Shown here piece after piece: positions 21,491 through 34,810 of a DNA stretch of 64,000 nucleotides. Each line of letters opens with the position of its first letter. The stretch's first letter is position 1. Location of the stretch: contig NC_091284.1 of NCBI RefSeq assembly GCF_032444005.1, positions 38,874,001 to 38,938,000 of the forward strand. The letters run 5' to 3'. The stretch comes from Ranitomeya imitator (taxonomy: Eukaryota). The notes below the pieces were generated by a model. It was not told the DNA's origin and made no database searches. It worked only from the letters and a program-made list of their open reading frames with translations. Position numbers and translations under genes: made by a program.

Positions 21491-24400
21491 CCTGTCGTCG
21501 TATCCCACTGCGCCCCATTGTATTCTGGATATACAGATCTGTAGACTGCGCTCGTAGATCGCCAAGACACCTGTCGCCTTATCCTACTGCGCCCCATTGT
21601 ATTCTGGATATACAGATCCGTAGACTGCGCTCGTAGATCGCCAGGACACCTGTCACCTTATCCTACTGCGCCCCATTGTATTCCGGACATACAGATCCGT
21701 AGACTGCACTCGTAGATCGCCAGGACACCTGTCACCTTATCCCACTGCGCCGCATTGTATTCTGGATATACAGATCCGTAGACTGCAGTCGTAGATCGCC
21801 AGGACACCTGTCACCTTATCCTACTGCGCCCCATTGTATTCTGGATATACAGATCCGTAGACTGCGCTCGTAGATCGCCAGGACACCTGTCGCCTTATCC
21901 TACTGCGCCCCATTGTATTCCGGACATACAGATCCGTAGACTGCAGTCGTAGATCGCCAGGACACCTGTCGCCTTATCCTACTGCGCCCCATTGTATTCC
22001 GGACATACAGATCCGTAGACTGTAGTCGTAGATCGCCAGGACACCTGTCGCCTTATCCTACTGCGCCCCATTGTATTCTGGATATACAGATCCGTAGACT
22101 GCAGTCGTAGATCGCCAGGACACCTGTCGCCTTATCCCACTGCGCCCCATTGTATTCCGGACATACAGATCCGTAGACTTCGCTCGTAGATCGCCAGGAC
22201 ACCTGTCGCCTTTTCCCACTACTCCCCATTGTATTCCGGACATACAGATCCGTAGACTGCAGTTGTAGATCGCCAGGACACCTGTTGCCTTATCCTACTG
22301 CGCCCCATTGTATTCCGTACATACAGATCCGTAGACTGCAGTCATAGATCGCCAGGACACCTGTCGCCTTATCCTACTGCGCCCCATTGTATTCTGGATA
22401 TACAGATCCGTAGACTGCAGTCATAGATCGCCAGGACACCTGTCGCCTTATCCTACTGCGCCCCATTGTATTCCGTACATACAGATCCGTAGACTGCAGT
22501 TGTAGATCGCCAGGACACCTGTCGCCTTATCCCACTACTCCCCATTGTATTCCGGACATACAGATCCGTAGACTGCAGTCGTGGATCGCCAGGACACCTG
22601 TTGCCTTATCCTACTGCGCCCCATTGTATTCCGTACATACAGATCCGTAGACTGCAGTCATAGATCGCCAGGACACCTGTCGCCTTATCCTACTGTGCCC
22701 CATTGTATTCCGGATATACAGATCCATAGACTCCAGTCGTAGATCGCCAGGACACCTGTCGCCTTATCCCACTGCGCCCCATTGTATTCCGGATATACAG
22801 ATCCGTAGACTGCAGTCGTAGATCGCCAGGACACCTGTCGCCTTATCCCACTGCGCCCCATTGTATTCCGGACATACAGATCCGTAGACTGCAGTCGTAG
22901 ATCGCCAGGACACCTGTCGCCTTATCCCACTGCGCCCCATTGTATTCTGGACATACAGATCCGTAGACTGCAGTCGTAGATCGCCAGAACACCTGTCGCC
23001 TTATCCCACTGCGCCCCATTGTATTCCGGATATACAGATCCGTAGACTGCAGTCGTAGATCGCCAGGACACCTGTCGCCTTATCCTACTGTGCCCCATTG
23101 TATTCCGTACATACAGATCCGTAGACTGCAGTTGTAGATCGCCAGGACACCTGTCGCCTTATCCCACTACTCCCTATTGTATTCCGGACATACAGATCCG
23201 TAGACTGCAGTTGTAGATCGCCAGGACACCTGTTGCCTTATCCTACTGCGCCCCATTGTATTCCGTACATACAGATCCGTAGACTGCAGTCGTAGATCGC
23301 CAGGACACCTGTCGCCTTATCCTACTGTGCCCCATTGTATTCTGGATATACAGATCCATAGACTCCAGTCGTAGATCGCCAGGACACCTGTCGCCTTATC
23401 CCACTGCGCCCCATTGTATTCCGGACATACAGATCCGTAGACTGCAGTCGTAGATCGCCAGGACACCTGTCGCCTTATCCCACTGCGCCCCATTGTATTC
23501 CGGACATACAGATCCGTAGACTGCAGTCGTAGATCGCCAGGACACCTGTCGCCTTATCCCACTGCGCCCCATTGTATTCTGGATATACAGATCCGTAGAC
23601 TGCAGTCGTAGATCGCCAGGACACCTGTCGCCTTATCCCACTACTCCCCATTGTATTCCGGACATACAGATCCGTAGACTGCAGTCGTAGATCGCCAGGA
23701 CACCTGTCGCCTTATCCCACTGCGCCCCATTGTATTCCGGACATACAGATCCGTAGACTGCAGTCGTAGATCGCCAGGACACCTGTCGCCTTATCCCACT
23801 GCGCCCCATTGTATTCCGGACATACAGATCCGTAGACTGCAGTCGTAGATCGCCAGGACACCTGTCGCCTTATCCCACTGCGCCCCATTGTATTCCGGAC
23901 ATACAGATCCGTAGACTGCAGTCGTAGATCGCCAGGACACCTGTCGCCTTATCCCACTGCGCCCCATTGTATTCTGGATATACAGATCCGTAGACTGCAG
24001 TCGTAGATCGCCAGGACACCTGTCGCCTTATCCCACTACTCCCCATTGTATTCCGGACATACAGATCCGTAGACTGCAGTCGTAGATCGCCAGGACACCT
24101 GTCGCCTTATCCCACTGCGCCCCATTGTATTCCGGACATACAGATCCGTAGACTGCAGTCGTAGATCGCCAGGACACCTGTCGCCTTATCCCACTGCGCC
24201 CCATTGTATTCCGGACATACAGATCCGTAGACTGCAGTCGTAGATCGCCAGGACACCTGTCGCCTTATCCCACTGCGCCCCATTGTATTCCGGACATACA
24301 GATTCGTAGACTGCAGTCGTGGATCGCCAGGACACCTGTCGCCTTATCCCACTGCGCCCCATTGTATTCTGGACATACAGATCCGTAGACTGCAGTCGTA

Positions 24401-24524
24401 GATCGCCAGGACACCTGTCGCCTTATCCCACTGCGCCCCATTGTATTCCGGACATACAGATCCGTAGACTGCAGTCGTAGATCGCCAGGACACCTGTCGC
24501 CTTATCCTACTGCGCACCATTGTA
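21491..24524. repeat. 79-bp CpG-rich tandem array (~38 units)
   Basis: Unit cacctgtcgccttatcccactgcgccccattgtattccggacatacagatccgtagactgcagtcgtagatcgccagga, e.g. at 23701 and 23780. Confidence 0.97.
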
Positions 24525-26606
24525 GGTGAATGAGGCTGCAGTTCCAGGCATGGCCACTATGTGGGCTTTATGGACAAGATGAAGACCCCAGTCCTGGTTG
24601 TCCTTACCCCGTGGCTGCAGCAGATGTGAGCGGCGCTGATTCCAGCTGTTCCCGTGTCATTACGGAGCTGGGTGCAGCGCCCTCCTCTCGCAGCCTCTGA
24701 TCATATATTTAGCTGGATCGGACTTTTGAAGCTAAGATTAGTCAGTTCTCTGTAAAGTTACGCTAGGCAGCACATCATAGGCAACACACCAGTTTCCCCT
24801 AACCACAGAAGGAACAACATGTTTCTGGTTTTCGGGGCGCGGCGTGCTCTGCTGCGGCACCGGGTGGGATGTTCTGCAGGTCACATCTGTACATACACTC
24901 ACATGGATGAACGCCGTCCTGGGCTGTGTTCACACAGGGTGTTTATGCACCCAAAACCTGCTCCCTTGGCAGTAAAAAGGCTCCATTTTTAGTTGCTTTT
25001 TTCACCAATTAGATGCGATTTTTCTACTGTACATGTTTTATTCACCAAAAACTCTACAAAGGTGTTCGGTGCCTTTTTTTCATAGCTTTCTATGGCTGAA
25101 AAAAAGCAGTAAAAACGCTGAACGATTTGACACGATGCAGATGTAAAAAACGCAGCACTTCTCAAATTCTATCAAGAAAAACCGATGTGTGTGCATGAGA
25201 TTTCTGAAATATGAGCTTTTTGTAGTACTGTGAAAAGCAGCCTCTTATTCACGCAAAAATAGCTGTAAAAACTCTGCCTTAGGGCTCCGTTCACACGTTG
25301 CTTTCTTCCTGCAAAACAAAAGCTACTTAGTTTCAGCAAAAGCTCTGTGATTTCAGGAATCTCACATACATGCTTGGGTTTTTTTTTTTTCCCCCTGACT
25401 GAATTGGAAAACCGCAGCGTTTTTAAAAATCTGCAGCATGTCGAATCTTTGAGCGTTTTGACAGCCTTTTGCAAAAATGCATTTAAGCGTTTTTACAGCT
25501 TTTTTTTGGTAAATAAAAGTAACTTTATTAAACGTAACGCAAATGCAAATATGCAATGTGGGAATATATCTTTGCAATCAACAATGGCAGTATTGTGTCC
25601 TTAAAGGGGTGGTCCAGCAAACGAAAATTAAAAGCGCTCAGACAGGTATGAAAAATGATCAGGTGCTGAGTGACTCCGGCGTGCTCGAAAAAATGTTCGT
25701 TGGGCAATTCCTGCACGTGACATGAAGCCACGGGGACTCGAACATATTATTCGAGCACGCAGAAGACACTGTTGGCACCCGAGCATGCTCAGATAACACT
25801 TTATCGATCAGCACTAATGGGTAAACCAACGTCGCCCCCCCACCGCTCCCATTCTGATGGTTTCCCGTCCTGGCCGGTCTCTACTTCTCGACTCCATCTC
25901 CACACATGAACGATTTATCTTTTATAGAACATCATGTGCCTGGCGATTTCTGACTCTGCCGGCGGTGAGATGACTCCGCTACCGTCCATGTCCTGAGCCC
26001 TTCTCCCGCCATCTGCGCCTCCGTGCTGACACTTCTTTTTCCACCTTCCATCATCTGGGATGAAGGTCAGGTCTCTGTGAGCAAAGTGTTTGTTTTCCAT
26101 CGGAGGGATCATTGACCCTTCCTGCCCTCCTGGACTCTGCCCAGGACTTGTTTTTTTTTTTTATCTCCCGTCAATTGTTTTACAATTTTTTTCCATCCTT
26201 ACAAACTAATAAAAATCCCGAGCACCAATCAAGATGAAAGGCTAAAGAGTGACCTGAAGAAAGCCGGAGAGAAGGTGGCATGCGAGGGCTTTCTCATACC
26301 TCGTGCTCCATATCATCATCATTATGATTATTATTATTATTATAGCGCCATTTCTTCCATGACGCTTTGCATATGTATTTCGGGTTTTCTGTCCTTATAG
26401 TGAGATTTTCGTTCATGCTTTCCTAAGCGCCGTGTATGTTCTACGTTTGCCATATAGAAATAATAGGACTCTGCAAATAGCTTAGAAGGGGTTCTATTTA
26501 TTTATTTTTAAAATGTCTCCACGGTAACAGACTACAAACAAACCCAGTGTAGTCTGACGTGTGCATATCTGTAGGATCTGTCAGTTACTCGTCATTCGCT
26601 AGGTTA

Positions 26607-27083
26607 GGCCCCTTTCACACATCGTTTTTTTGCTATCAGTCACAATGCATCGAATTATGAAAAAAAAACGGATCCGGCGGCATCATTTTTTCTCATAGCG
26701 ATGGATAGCTTCACGTTTTATCCGTCGTTCGCCGGATCCGTCGAAAATTGTTTGTCCGGCAGCCGCAGACAGCAGACAAAGTAACGTTTTTTGTCTCCGT
26801 TGAAAAAACGGACAGCGACGGATCCGTCGCTTGCTAGAATGGAAGCCTAGGGGCGCCGGATCAGTGAAATGATGGAATCCGGCGACGGATTCTGTTTTTT
26901 TTTTTTTTTTTTTAACTGGGCATGCTACGATTTTTTTCGGATCCAATTAGGTAGCACCCCTAGTTGGATCCGTCGAAAAAACGAATCCATCACATCAGTT
27001 TTTCACATTCTGCGACGGATCCGTCGATCTGTCGAGTCAACGGATTGTGACTGACGGCAAAAAACTGATGTGCGAAAGGGGCC
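26607..27083. mobile_element. Harbinger-type MITE A
   Basis: TIR ggcccctttcacacat / atgtgcgaaaggggcc, flanked by TTA at 26604-26606 and 27084-27086. Confidence 0.85.
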
Positions 27084-27086
27084 TTA

Positions 27087-27486
27087 GGCTACTTTCACAC
27101 TTCCGTCTTTTCAGATCCGTCGCAATCCGTCGTTTTGGGCAAAAAACGGATCCTGCAAATGTGCTCGCAGGATGCGTTTTTTGCACATAGACTTGTATTC
27201 GCGACGGATTGCCACACGTTGCGTCCGTTGTTAGACGGATCCGTCCTGTTTTGGCGGACCGTCGTCACAAAAAAAGTTCAATGTTATGTTTTTTTGTCCG
27301 TTGTGTCCGCCATTTTCTACCGCGCATGCGCAGCCGGAACTCCGCCCCCTCCTCCCCGGACTTCAGAATGGGCAGCGGATGAGTCGAAAAACTGCATCCG
27401 CTGCCCACGTCGTGCACAAATTTCACAACGTACGTCGGCCCGACGCATAGTGACCGACCCGTACCGACACAAGTGTGAAAGTAGCC
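27087..27486. mobile_element. Harbinger-type MITE B, directly abutting MITE A
   Basis: TIR ggctactttcacact / agtgtgaaagtagcc, flanked by TTA at 27084-27086 and 27487-27489. Confidence 0.85.
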
Positions 27487-27970
27487 TTAGAGAGAAGGTA
27501 GCATGGCTGCATGATTAGATTAAACCACAGGAGCTGATAACCCAAAACGACAAGATTTGTTTGTTTGGGGAATATTGGAGCAAAACAGAAAAAATCGCTG
27601 CAGACCATAAACACCAATTTTTTTATTTTATTATTTTTTTATTTTAAATCTAAGTGGTTTAAGGATAATGGGAGCCATCACTTGCCATAAATATGTAAAC
27701 TATTTACCTGGTGTAGATGCCGCCGTTCTCCCGAATCCGACTTTGCCGACCCCTAAATCTAGTTTTGTTAGCCAAGGGGGTGTGGTCTTTAACGTTTCTC
27801 TATCCTTCATGAAGACTGCGCCCACTTGTCTAACAAGACTACATGTGTATACTTGAAAGTAGAAGCCATATCCCAGGAACAGAGGCGCAGGCGCAAAATG
27901 ACGCCAGATTCAGGAGGACAGCGGCGTTTACACCATTACATGTTTAAGGCGAGGGACTGGTCCTCTTTAA

Positions 27971-28241
27971 AGGGGTTGTTCACTTGAGGGTGAATTTCCA
28001 TCTCAAACATTCTGTAGATTTGCCATAAATGTCTAGTTAATGTATGACTTTTTGGACCCGCACCTGTCTTTCCTTCACGGCTACCCCCACATAGTCCAGC
28101 AAATGTGTTCAACAATTTTCAGAACTCCCATAGAAGTTAATGGAGAGAGCTGTGCATGCGCGCAGCGCTGTGGAGTCTGTAAGCCAAACACCGACTCCAC
28201 GACTCTGACTCCCGTAGGGATCCTGGGGGTCAGATAATCCT
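27971..28241. mobile_element. Degenerate T2-type MITE
   Basis: TTAA|AGGGGTTGTT start and GATAATCCT|TTAA end. Confidence 0.55.
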
Positions 28242-29039
28242 TTAATGTACAAGTCTCCTTTAAGAGCAATGAACAGCAATTTTTTTTTTTAAATTGATTA
28301 ACCCTTTGTTGGCTTCAATAATTTTTTCTTAGAATTTAACTGGTTGTAAAACCTGCGGTGTGATTACATTTTAATTGCTCGCAGCTTGTGACCACAGCGT
28401 GCACCGTACAGTACAGTCGGCGTCACCTAACCCGGGGCAAGAAGCGGCCAAGTTACCGCCGTCCCGGAGTCGGCACCGTCCGACTTTCCACGCCTCTCAA
28501 TGAAACTATGCAGCTTTTTAAATCTAAGCATTGGGGGGCGTCGTAAAATCCCACCGAATGGAAAATCACCTGCAGGACGGCAATGTGTGTCGCGTTCACC
28601 GGTAGCGAGTGCGGACGGCGGCGATGCATCAATACCTTCTTATTCATTGCAGATCTTGACCTGGATCATTTACCGGCTGGCCCCCGTCCAGAGGTTTCCA
28701 CCTCGTATTTTCCATGTGTTCCTAATAATTTACCCTTGTAAAATCCTCGCTACATTACGGCTCATAAATCTAACCGCGGTAACATAGGAAAGAGTGATAC
28801 CTAGGGGGAGGTGTGCGGAGTACCATATCGCTTACATTCTTTTTTTAAGGCATGTTCACATGGGGCAGAAAATCTGCAACATATTACATTTAATTAAAGC
28901 AAAGCGGATGGAATTGTAACAGATTGCTGATCGTTTGGTCCCCATACTTGTTGCATGTTGTCAGTAGCAGATGCCCCGGTATCCACAAGAAAATGTGGGC
29001 TCGATGGGTGGTAGCTCGCAACGGGTTAGGGGGCTCAAC

Positions 29040-29600
29040 ATGATGTCTGGTAGCTGGCCACAGAGTCTCATCAGCTGGTAGCCCGCCATGAGAAGACTTG
29101 ACTCGATGGCTGGTAACCTGTCACGAGGGGAATCGACTCAATGGCTGGTAACCCCTGATGAGGGGACTTGACTCGATGGCTGGTAACCCCTCACGAGGGG
29201 ACTTAATTCAACAGCCGGTAGCCCGTCACGAGGGGACTCGACTCAACGGCCGGTAGCCCGTCACGAGGGGACTCGATGGCCAGTAGCCCATCACGAGGGG
29301 ACTCCACTCGATGGTCAGTAGCCCATCACGAGGGGACTCAACTCGATGGCCGGTAGCCCGTCACGAGGGGACTCGACTCGATGGTCAGTAGCCCATCACG
29401 AGGGGACTCAACTGGATGGCCGGTAGTCCGTCACGAAGGGACCCGACTGGATGGCCGGTAGCCCGTCACGAGGGGACACGACTCTATGGCCGGTAGCCCG
29501 TCATGAGGGGACTCAACTCGACGGCCAGTAGCCCGTCACCAGGGGACTCGACTCTATGACCGGTAGCTCGTCACGAGGGGACTCGACTCGATGGCCGGTA
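29040..29600. repeat. 35/30-bp minisatellite (gactcgactcgatggccggtagcccgtcacgaggg), ~16 units
   Basis: gatgg anchors at 29345, 29380, 29415, 29450. Confidence 0.9.
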
Positions 29601-31360
29601 GAAATGAAGGGACTCGATGGTCGCTAGGCCGCCTCGAGGGGACCGGACTTGACGGCTGATCAATTTTGATTATTGGCGAAAGATTGGGAATGATCAGGAG
29701 GTAACGCTCGTTCAGCCAATTATCAGTCCATGTAAAACCTCCAGTAGCCCTTAGCTGCCTCCCGGGATCATTTCGCGCTCGCTCTGTGCAGATTTTGGGT
29801 GTAAGGACCATTAGATGTGCACAGAATGTTCCATCAGAGATCTCTCATGCACGGTCACATACACAGATTTGCTCTTTGTGTACAGAGGATTCATCTCGGT
29901 GGTCACATTTTTCTGCCAGACATGATTTTTCCAGCCTATTTCCATATGATGACCTTCTCAGTATGGAAATCTAAACAGATACATGCAGATAGTCCTTCCA
30001 TTCACGGCTAGTTTCCATTATTTGGCTATGACTTTATTTTTTTTCCTTAATACATTTCTGAAATGCAGATTTATTTATTTACTTATTTGCCTTTACAAAA
30101 TTGCATCAAAATTAAAAAAGTAAAAGGGTCCGGTAACCTGAGTTTGGACTTTTTGGGACCTTTAGTGACAAGGCTGTATATCGTACCCTTTAGTGATTAA
30201 TTAGTTTAGTATAAAGGAAACCTCCCTTTAAGGCCAGTGTGAGAGAAGGACGGATTGCAGTCAGGTCATCGAACCTGTTGGATCGCCAACTTAGTCAGGT
30301 CCAAAATCCACTGTTACATTCAGTACCAGGCCTAAAGTTTAAGTCTAGCCTTAAAGGGGATGTCACTTTAAAGCCGAATGTAGACGTCCGTGAAACACGG
30401 TCCATGTACGGAAAAAATAAAGTTCTACAAAAATGGCGTCCTGCAGAAAACAAGCTCTCGTATAGGCATTGTTGGAAAAATAAAAAAAAGTTATGACCCT
30501 TGGAAGAAGAGGAGATAAAAAATGAGTGCAAACATGACGATTAGCCCAGTGAAGCAGAGGTTAAAAGGGTTATATACGGTATATATTTTCAACTGTTTTC
30601 TCGCAAGGAGTGAGGCTGAGCTGCAATACCACTCACAGCCTGGAGACAGGGGTGGCGCTGTTTGTGAAAGTTTTAATCCTAATATATGACCATGTTCTCA
30701 TCTAGAGGGTGATAAAAAGTGGGTGTGGGTGAAAGATGGAGTTATTTTAGGAACTTTTAGTCAATTACTGTCACTTATCAGTGTCGGAGCCAAGTGGTTA
30801 CGCCATATCTGTCTTAAGTAATGCGAATATAATATTAAATGAAGTTTTAATTGCTTGAGCTCGCATTCCTGAAAGTGTGAAGCCGAAACAAACATTGTAG
30901 CTCGGGTATTGAAGAGGGACCGGTGACATTTTCCATGAGGTCATCATCGCGGGAGCTCGCTCATTAGAGGTGTGTCAATGGAAAAAATCTCTCCGAGGAC
31001 GGGCCTTACGCCGTTACAAGCTTTGTTGTTTGGCATAGCCGACTGCTAAGTAATTGGAAAACCAAATTGCAGGGCTTGACTCCGTGAGACTGAGGTTAGG
31101 TTATGCAATCACAATGTCTGGCCGCTCCGGGGCGAGATATAGAAAGAAGCCTCTTTTTGTTGTCATACCTTGGCAGCCTCGGTGCTGCGGAGGATTAGGT
31201 GCTGGTCCTCGGGGCTTATTGGAGGGTTTCCATGTTTGTTTCCTTCGTAATTGTTCGTAAGATAGGTGAGGTTGTACAGGGTTAGAAAAACATGGCTACT
31301 GGTGTCCAAACAGCACCACACCTGTCCACTGGTGGCTTGTGGTATTGCAGTTTTGCTGCA

Positions 31361-32015
31361 GACATGGGAGGAAAGCCTGGTCATGGGAGGAAAGCCTGGT
31401 CATGGGAGGAAAGCCTGGTCATGGGAGGAAAGCCTGGTCATGGGAGGAAAGCCTGGTCATGGGAGGAAAGCCTGGTCATGGGAGGAAAGCCTGGTCATGG
31501 GAGGAAAGCCTGGTCATGGGAGGAAAGCCTGGTCATGGGAGGAAAGCCTGGTCATGGGAGGAAAGCCTGGTCATGGGAGGAAAGCCTTGATGGGGGAGGA
31601 AAGCCTGGACATGGGAGGAAAGCCTGGACATGGGAGGAAAGCCTGGTCATGGGAGGAAAGCCTGGACATGGGAGGAAAGCCTGGACATGGGAAGAAAGCC
31701 TGGACATGGGAGGAAAGCCTGGACATGGGAGGAAAGCCTGGACATGGGAGGAAAGCCTGGACATGGGAGGAAAGCCTGGACATGGGAGGAAAGCCTGGAC
31801 ATGGGAGGAAGGCCTGGACATGGGAGGAAGGCCTGGACATGGGAGGAAGGCCTGGACATGGGAGGAAGGCCTGGACATGGGAGGAAAGCGTGGTCATGGG
31901 AAGAAAGCCTGGTCATGAGAGGAAAGCCTGGTCATGGGAGGAAAGCCTGGTCATGGGAAGAAAGCGTGGTCATGGGAGGAAAGCCTGGACATGGGAGGAA
32001 TCCGAGGAAAGCCTG
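31361..32015. repeat. 19-bp minisatellite (catgggaggaaagcctggt/a), ~34 units
   Basis: Directly visible near-perfect tandem repetition. Confidence 0.97.
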
Positions 32016-33368
32016 TCACCCCTTTAATCACAATAATCAGTAGATAGAATAAAATATATTCCTAATCTGTCATTTTTGTGTTTCTATTATCTAGTGCGCC
32101 CCATGAAACCGGCCGTGTGCTGCATGCAGATGAACAAGACCTAGGAGACCTCCCCATTATGTGAACGCTCTAAGTTGTCGTCTCTCATGGGTCTGTCAGT
32201 GTGAATCTCCGGACCTGATTTGGGTCCCAAAATTTGGCTTTATTGGCCACTTAGACAGGGAATGTTGACTCCTTCTTTTAAAGGGGTATTCTGGTTGGGT
32301 AAGTGATGACCTTCATTATTGTTGGAACGGTGCACTCTTCACCCCATTAGGATGGAGTGACAGTGTGCTTACTCCACCGCTACTACTGTAATTGCTGGAG
32401 CGTTGATCTCTGCTTTCTCCTGCCATCCCATGAATGAATGAAGTGGTGGTCCCACACGCACACCGCCTCTCTATTCTGATGGGTAGAAAAGTGACCCTTT
32501 ACGGCGATCGGTGGCGGTGCCATCAGTCGGACCCCCGCTAATCGATTGTCGCAGTTCTTGTGAATAAGTGATGGCTTCTTCCAACCAGAATAGTTCAGAA
32601 GCGTGAAGCTCGTTTTCTACCTGGCTCTTGGGATGAGCTGTAACTGTAGATGCAGGGTAGGACCCCTTTGATTGCGTCCCATCGATGACTTACTGTTTCG
32701 CCCGGTCGGTGTCCATCTCCATAAATGTAACTCCTATCTGAGATCGGCTTGTAAATCGCTGTAGATGCTGCTACGAGCCGCGCTCTTGGATCCCGCACAC
32801 TTTTTCCATCCGCTTCAGCAGCAGCTGGTTTACATATCACTCCCGAGCCTTTAACAAGCTGCCTATATAATCAGTGTTTCCATGAGGACCGCTCTATTTT
32901 CTATCAAACCCCAGTGACCGAGCCAAAATAGCAGGAAGTCTTAAGTGGGGAGTATCGTTCCCGACTCTTTCCTTTGTTGAGATTCTTGGTTTCAGCGCTC
33001 GGCGAGCAGATAAGATTCATGGATGTTGTTTTTGTCTTTCCTTTCTATATCCAGGGCGGCACAGACACAGTATCTATGCATCTTCCCCATAGCGCCCGTA
33101 TACACCAACTCCAGGGTGATGTGGGTCCCTGATCGACTGTCTGTGGGGCGCTCTTCACTTTTGATTTTTCTTCCACCTCTCTATAATGCATTCCTTTTTT
33201 GATCACAAAAAATGCACCAGGGCTTGTTGTTTTTTTATCATGTGAACTGTAAGTTTTATCATTCACATATTGGAATCCATAGGACTTTTATCTTCGTTTT
33301 TTTTTTTTATATATTTTTGTACTTACGTCTGCGTTAAATAGAAGTTATTAGCTCAGAAAGTTGTGCAC

Positions 33369-33875
33369 TAGTGATGAGCGAGCGTGCTCGGATAAGGTGT
33401 TGTTTGAGCATTCTTGTGTGCTAACCAAGTGTCTTCTGCATGTTCGATAAATATGTTCAAGTCCCCTCGGTTCATATATTGCGGCTTTTTGACAGCCACA
33501 ACACATGCAGGCAGGGCTATCGAGTTGGTAAGCCAAACCTCCAACTCCTCAATTTCCATGACACCGAATCAGACTCCACCAAAATGGGCTCCGACTCCTC
33601 AATTTCCATGACACCGACTCAGACTCCACCAAAATGGGCTCCGACTCCTCAATTTCCATGACACCGACTCTACTAAAATGGGCTCCGACTCCTCAATTTC
33701 CATGGGTCCGACTCCACGACTCTGACTCCACAGCCCTGCATGCAGGGATTGCCTATTTGTTAGGCAATTCCTGCATGTGTTGCGACTGTCGAACAGCCAC
33801 GAGGCATGCAGCCGCTGGTACTCGAAAAATCTTTTCGAGCACGCTGAAGACACGCTGTTATCCGAGCACGTTGGG
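33369..33875. mobile_element. MITE with tagtgatgagcg terminus (hAT-like) containing an internal 50-bp tandem repeat (3-4 copies)
   Basis: tagtgatgagcgagcgtgctcggataa start and ttatccgagcacg near 33860. The unit cc(a/g)actcctcaatttccatg occurs at 33541, 33591, 33641, ~33686. Confidence 0.6.
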
Positions 33876-34810
33876 TACGTGTCAATCCCATCAGCACCCA
33901 ATTTCCACCCTCTTAAATGCCACTATCTCAATATTAAATGGCTGCTATCCGAGTTACCTTTGATTGCAGCACTTTGGCTCCTGTGCTGGCTGTTCAGCAC
34001 AGCTGGCACCTGCGCTATATGGAGCAGGCTCGATCCCTGAATCCTCTCCATTCTCGCATTGTGCACATGGCACATGCCAGGATTTGCTTAGTGCTAGCCC
34101 AGCTCCCCATTTATTCATGGTCAAAAGGTGTTGCCACCCTTTAAATTATTCCAGAAACGGTAGTATTTTTCCCAGAAAATTATTGCAATTACACATGTTT
34201 TGTTATACGCATGTTTATTTCCTTTTTGTCTATTAGGACAACACAAAAACAAAAAAACAGACAAAAAAAGGCAAATTGGACATACCGTAATTTCGCACGA
34301 AACTCCAAAAATGGACCTGACAAAATTGTTGGCACCTTTCCTGGCCGCTGATTTGAGATTTCAATTGGCCTACAGATCCCATCATTGTGTGCTACAAACA
34401 CAATTATGGCCATACAAAACACCATTTTATATGGGCCGAGGATCACTCTATAAACTTTAGGATTTGGCTAACTAAATAACTAAAATCAGAAAAGGAAAAC
34501 TACATGTAATCAAAATGTCCAAGTATCTGGAGATTTGAAGAAGAATGTTACCAGTTAGCAGCCCTTGGTCAATAAGGGTTGGATGTGGTTTTGTTTTGGA
34601 TAGTGTTTTTTTTACCTATTTTATACCTTATGTTGTCCAATACACATCTGGCCAGAGATGTCTGGTAGTGACAGGCTGTAAATTGGGTTGTTTTACAAGA
34701 TTTCAGGCAAAGTTAGGCATCTCTCCCTGTGCAATCTAAAGGAAGCGTCTTATAGACCAGGAGGCGCAGAGAAGATTGATTATATAAGTTTGTGAGGAAA
34801 AAAATATTAA

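Noticed and set aside
21491-24524. Regular arrays as CRISPR-like loci
   Set aside because: Pure head-to-tail repeats with no unique spacers, in a eukaryotic context with no cas genes.
31266-32043. Long ORFs (137-253 aa) over the 19-bp array
   Set aside because: Artefact of stop-free tandem units, open in several frames on both strands.
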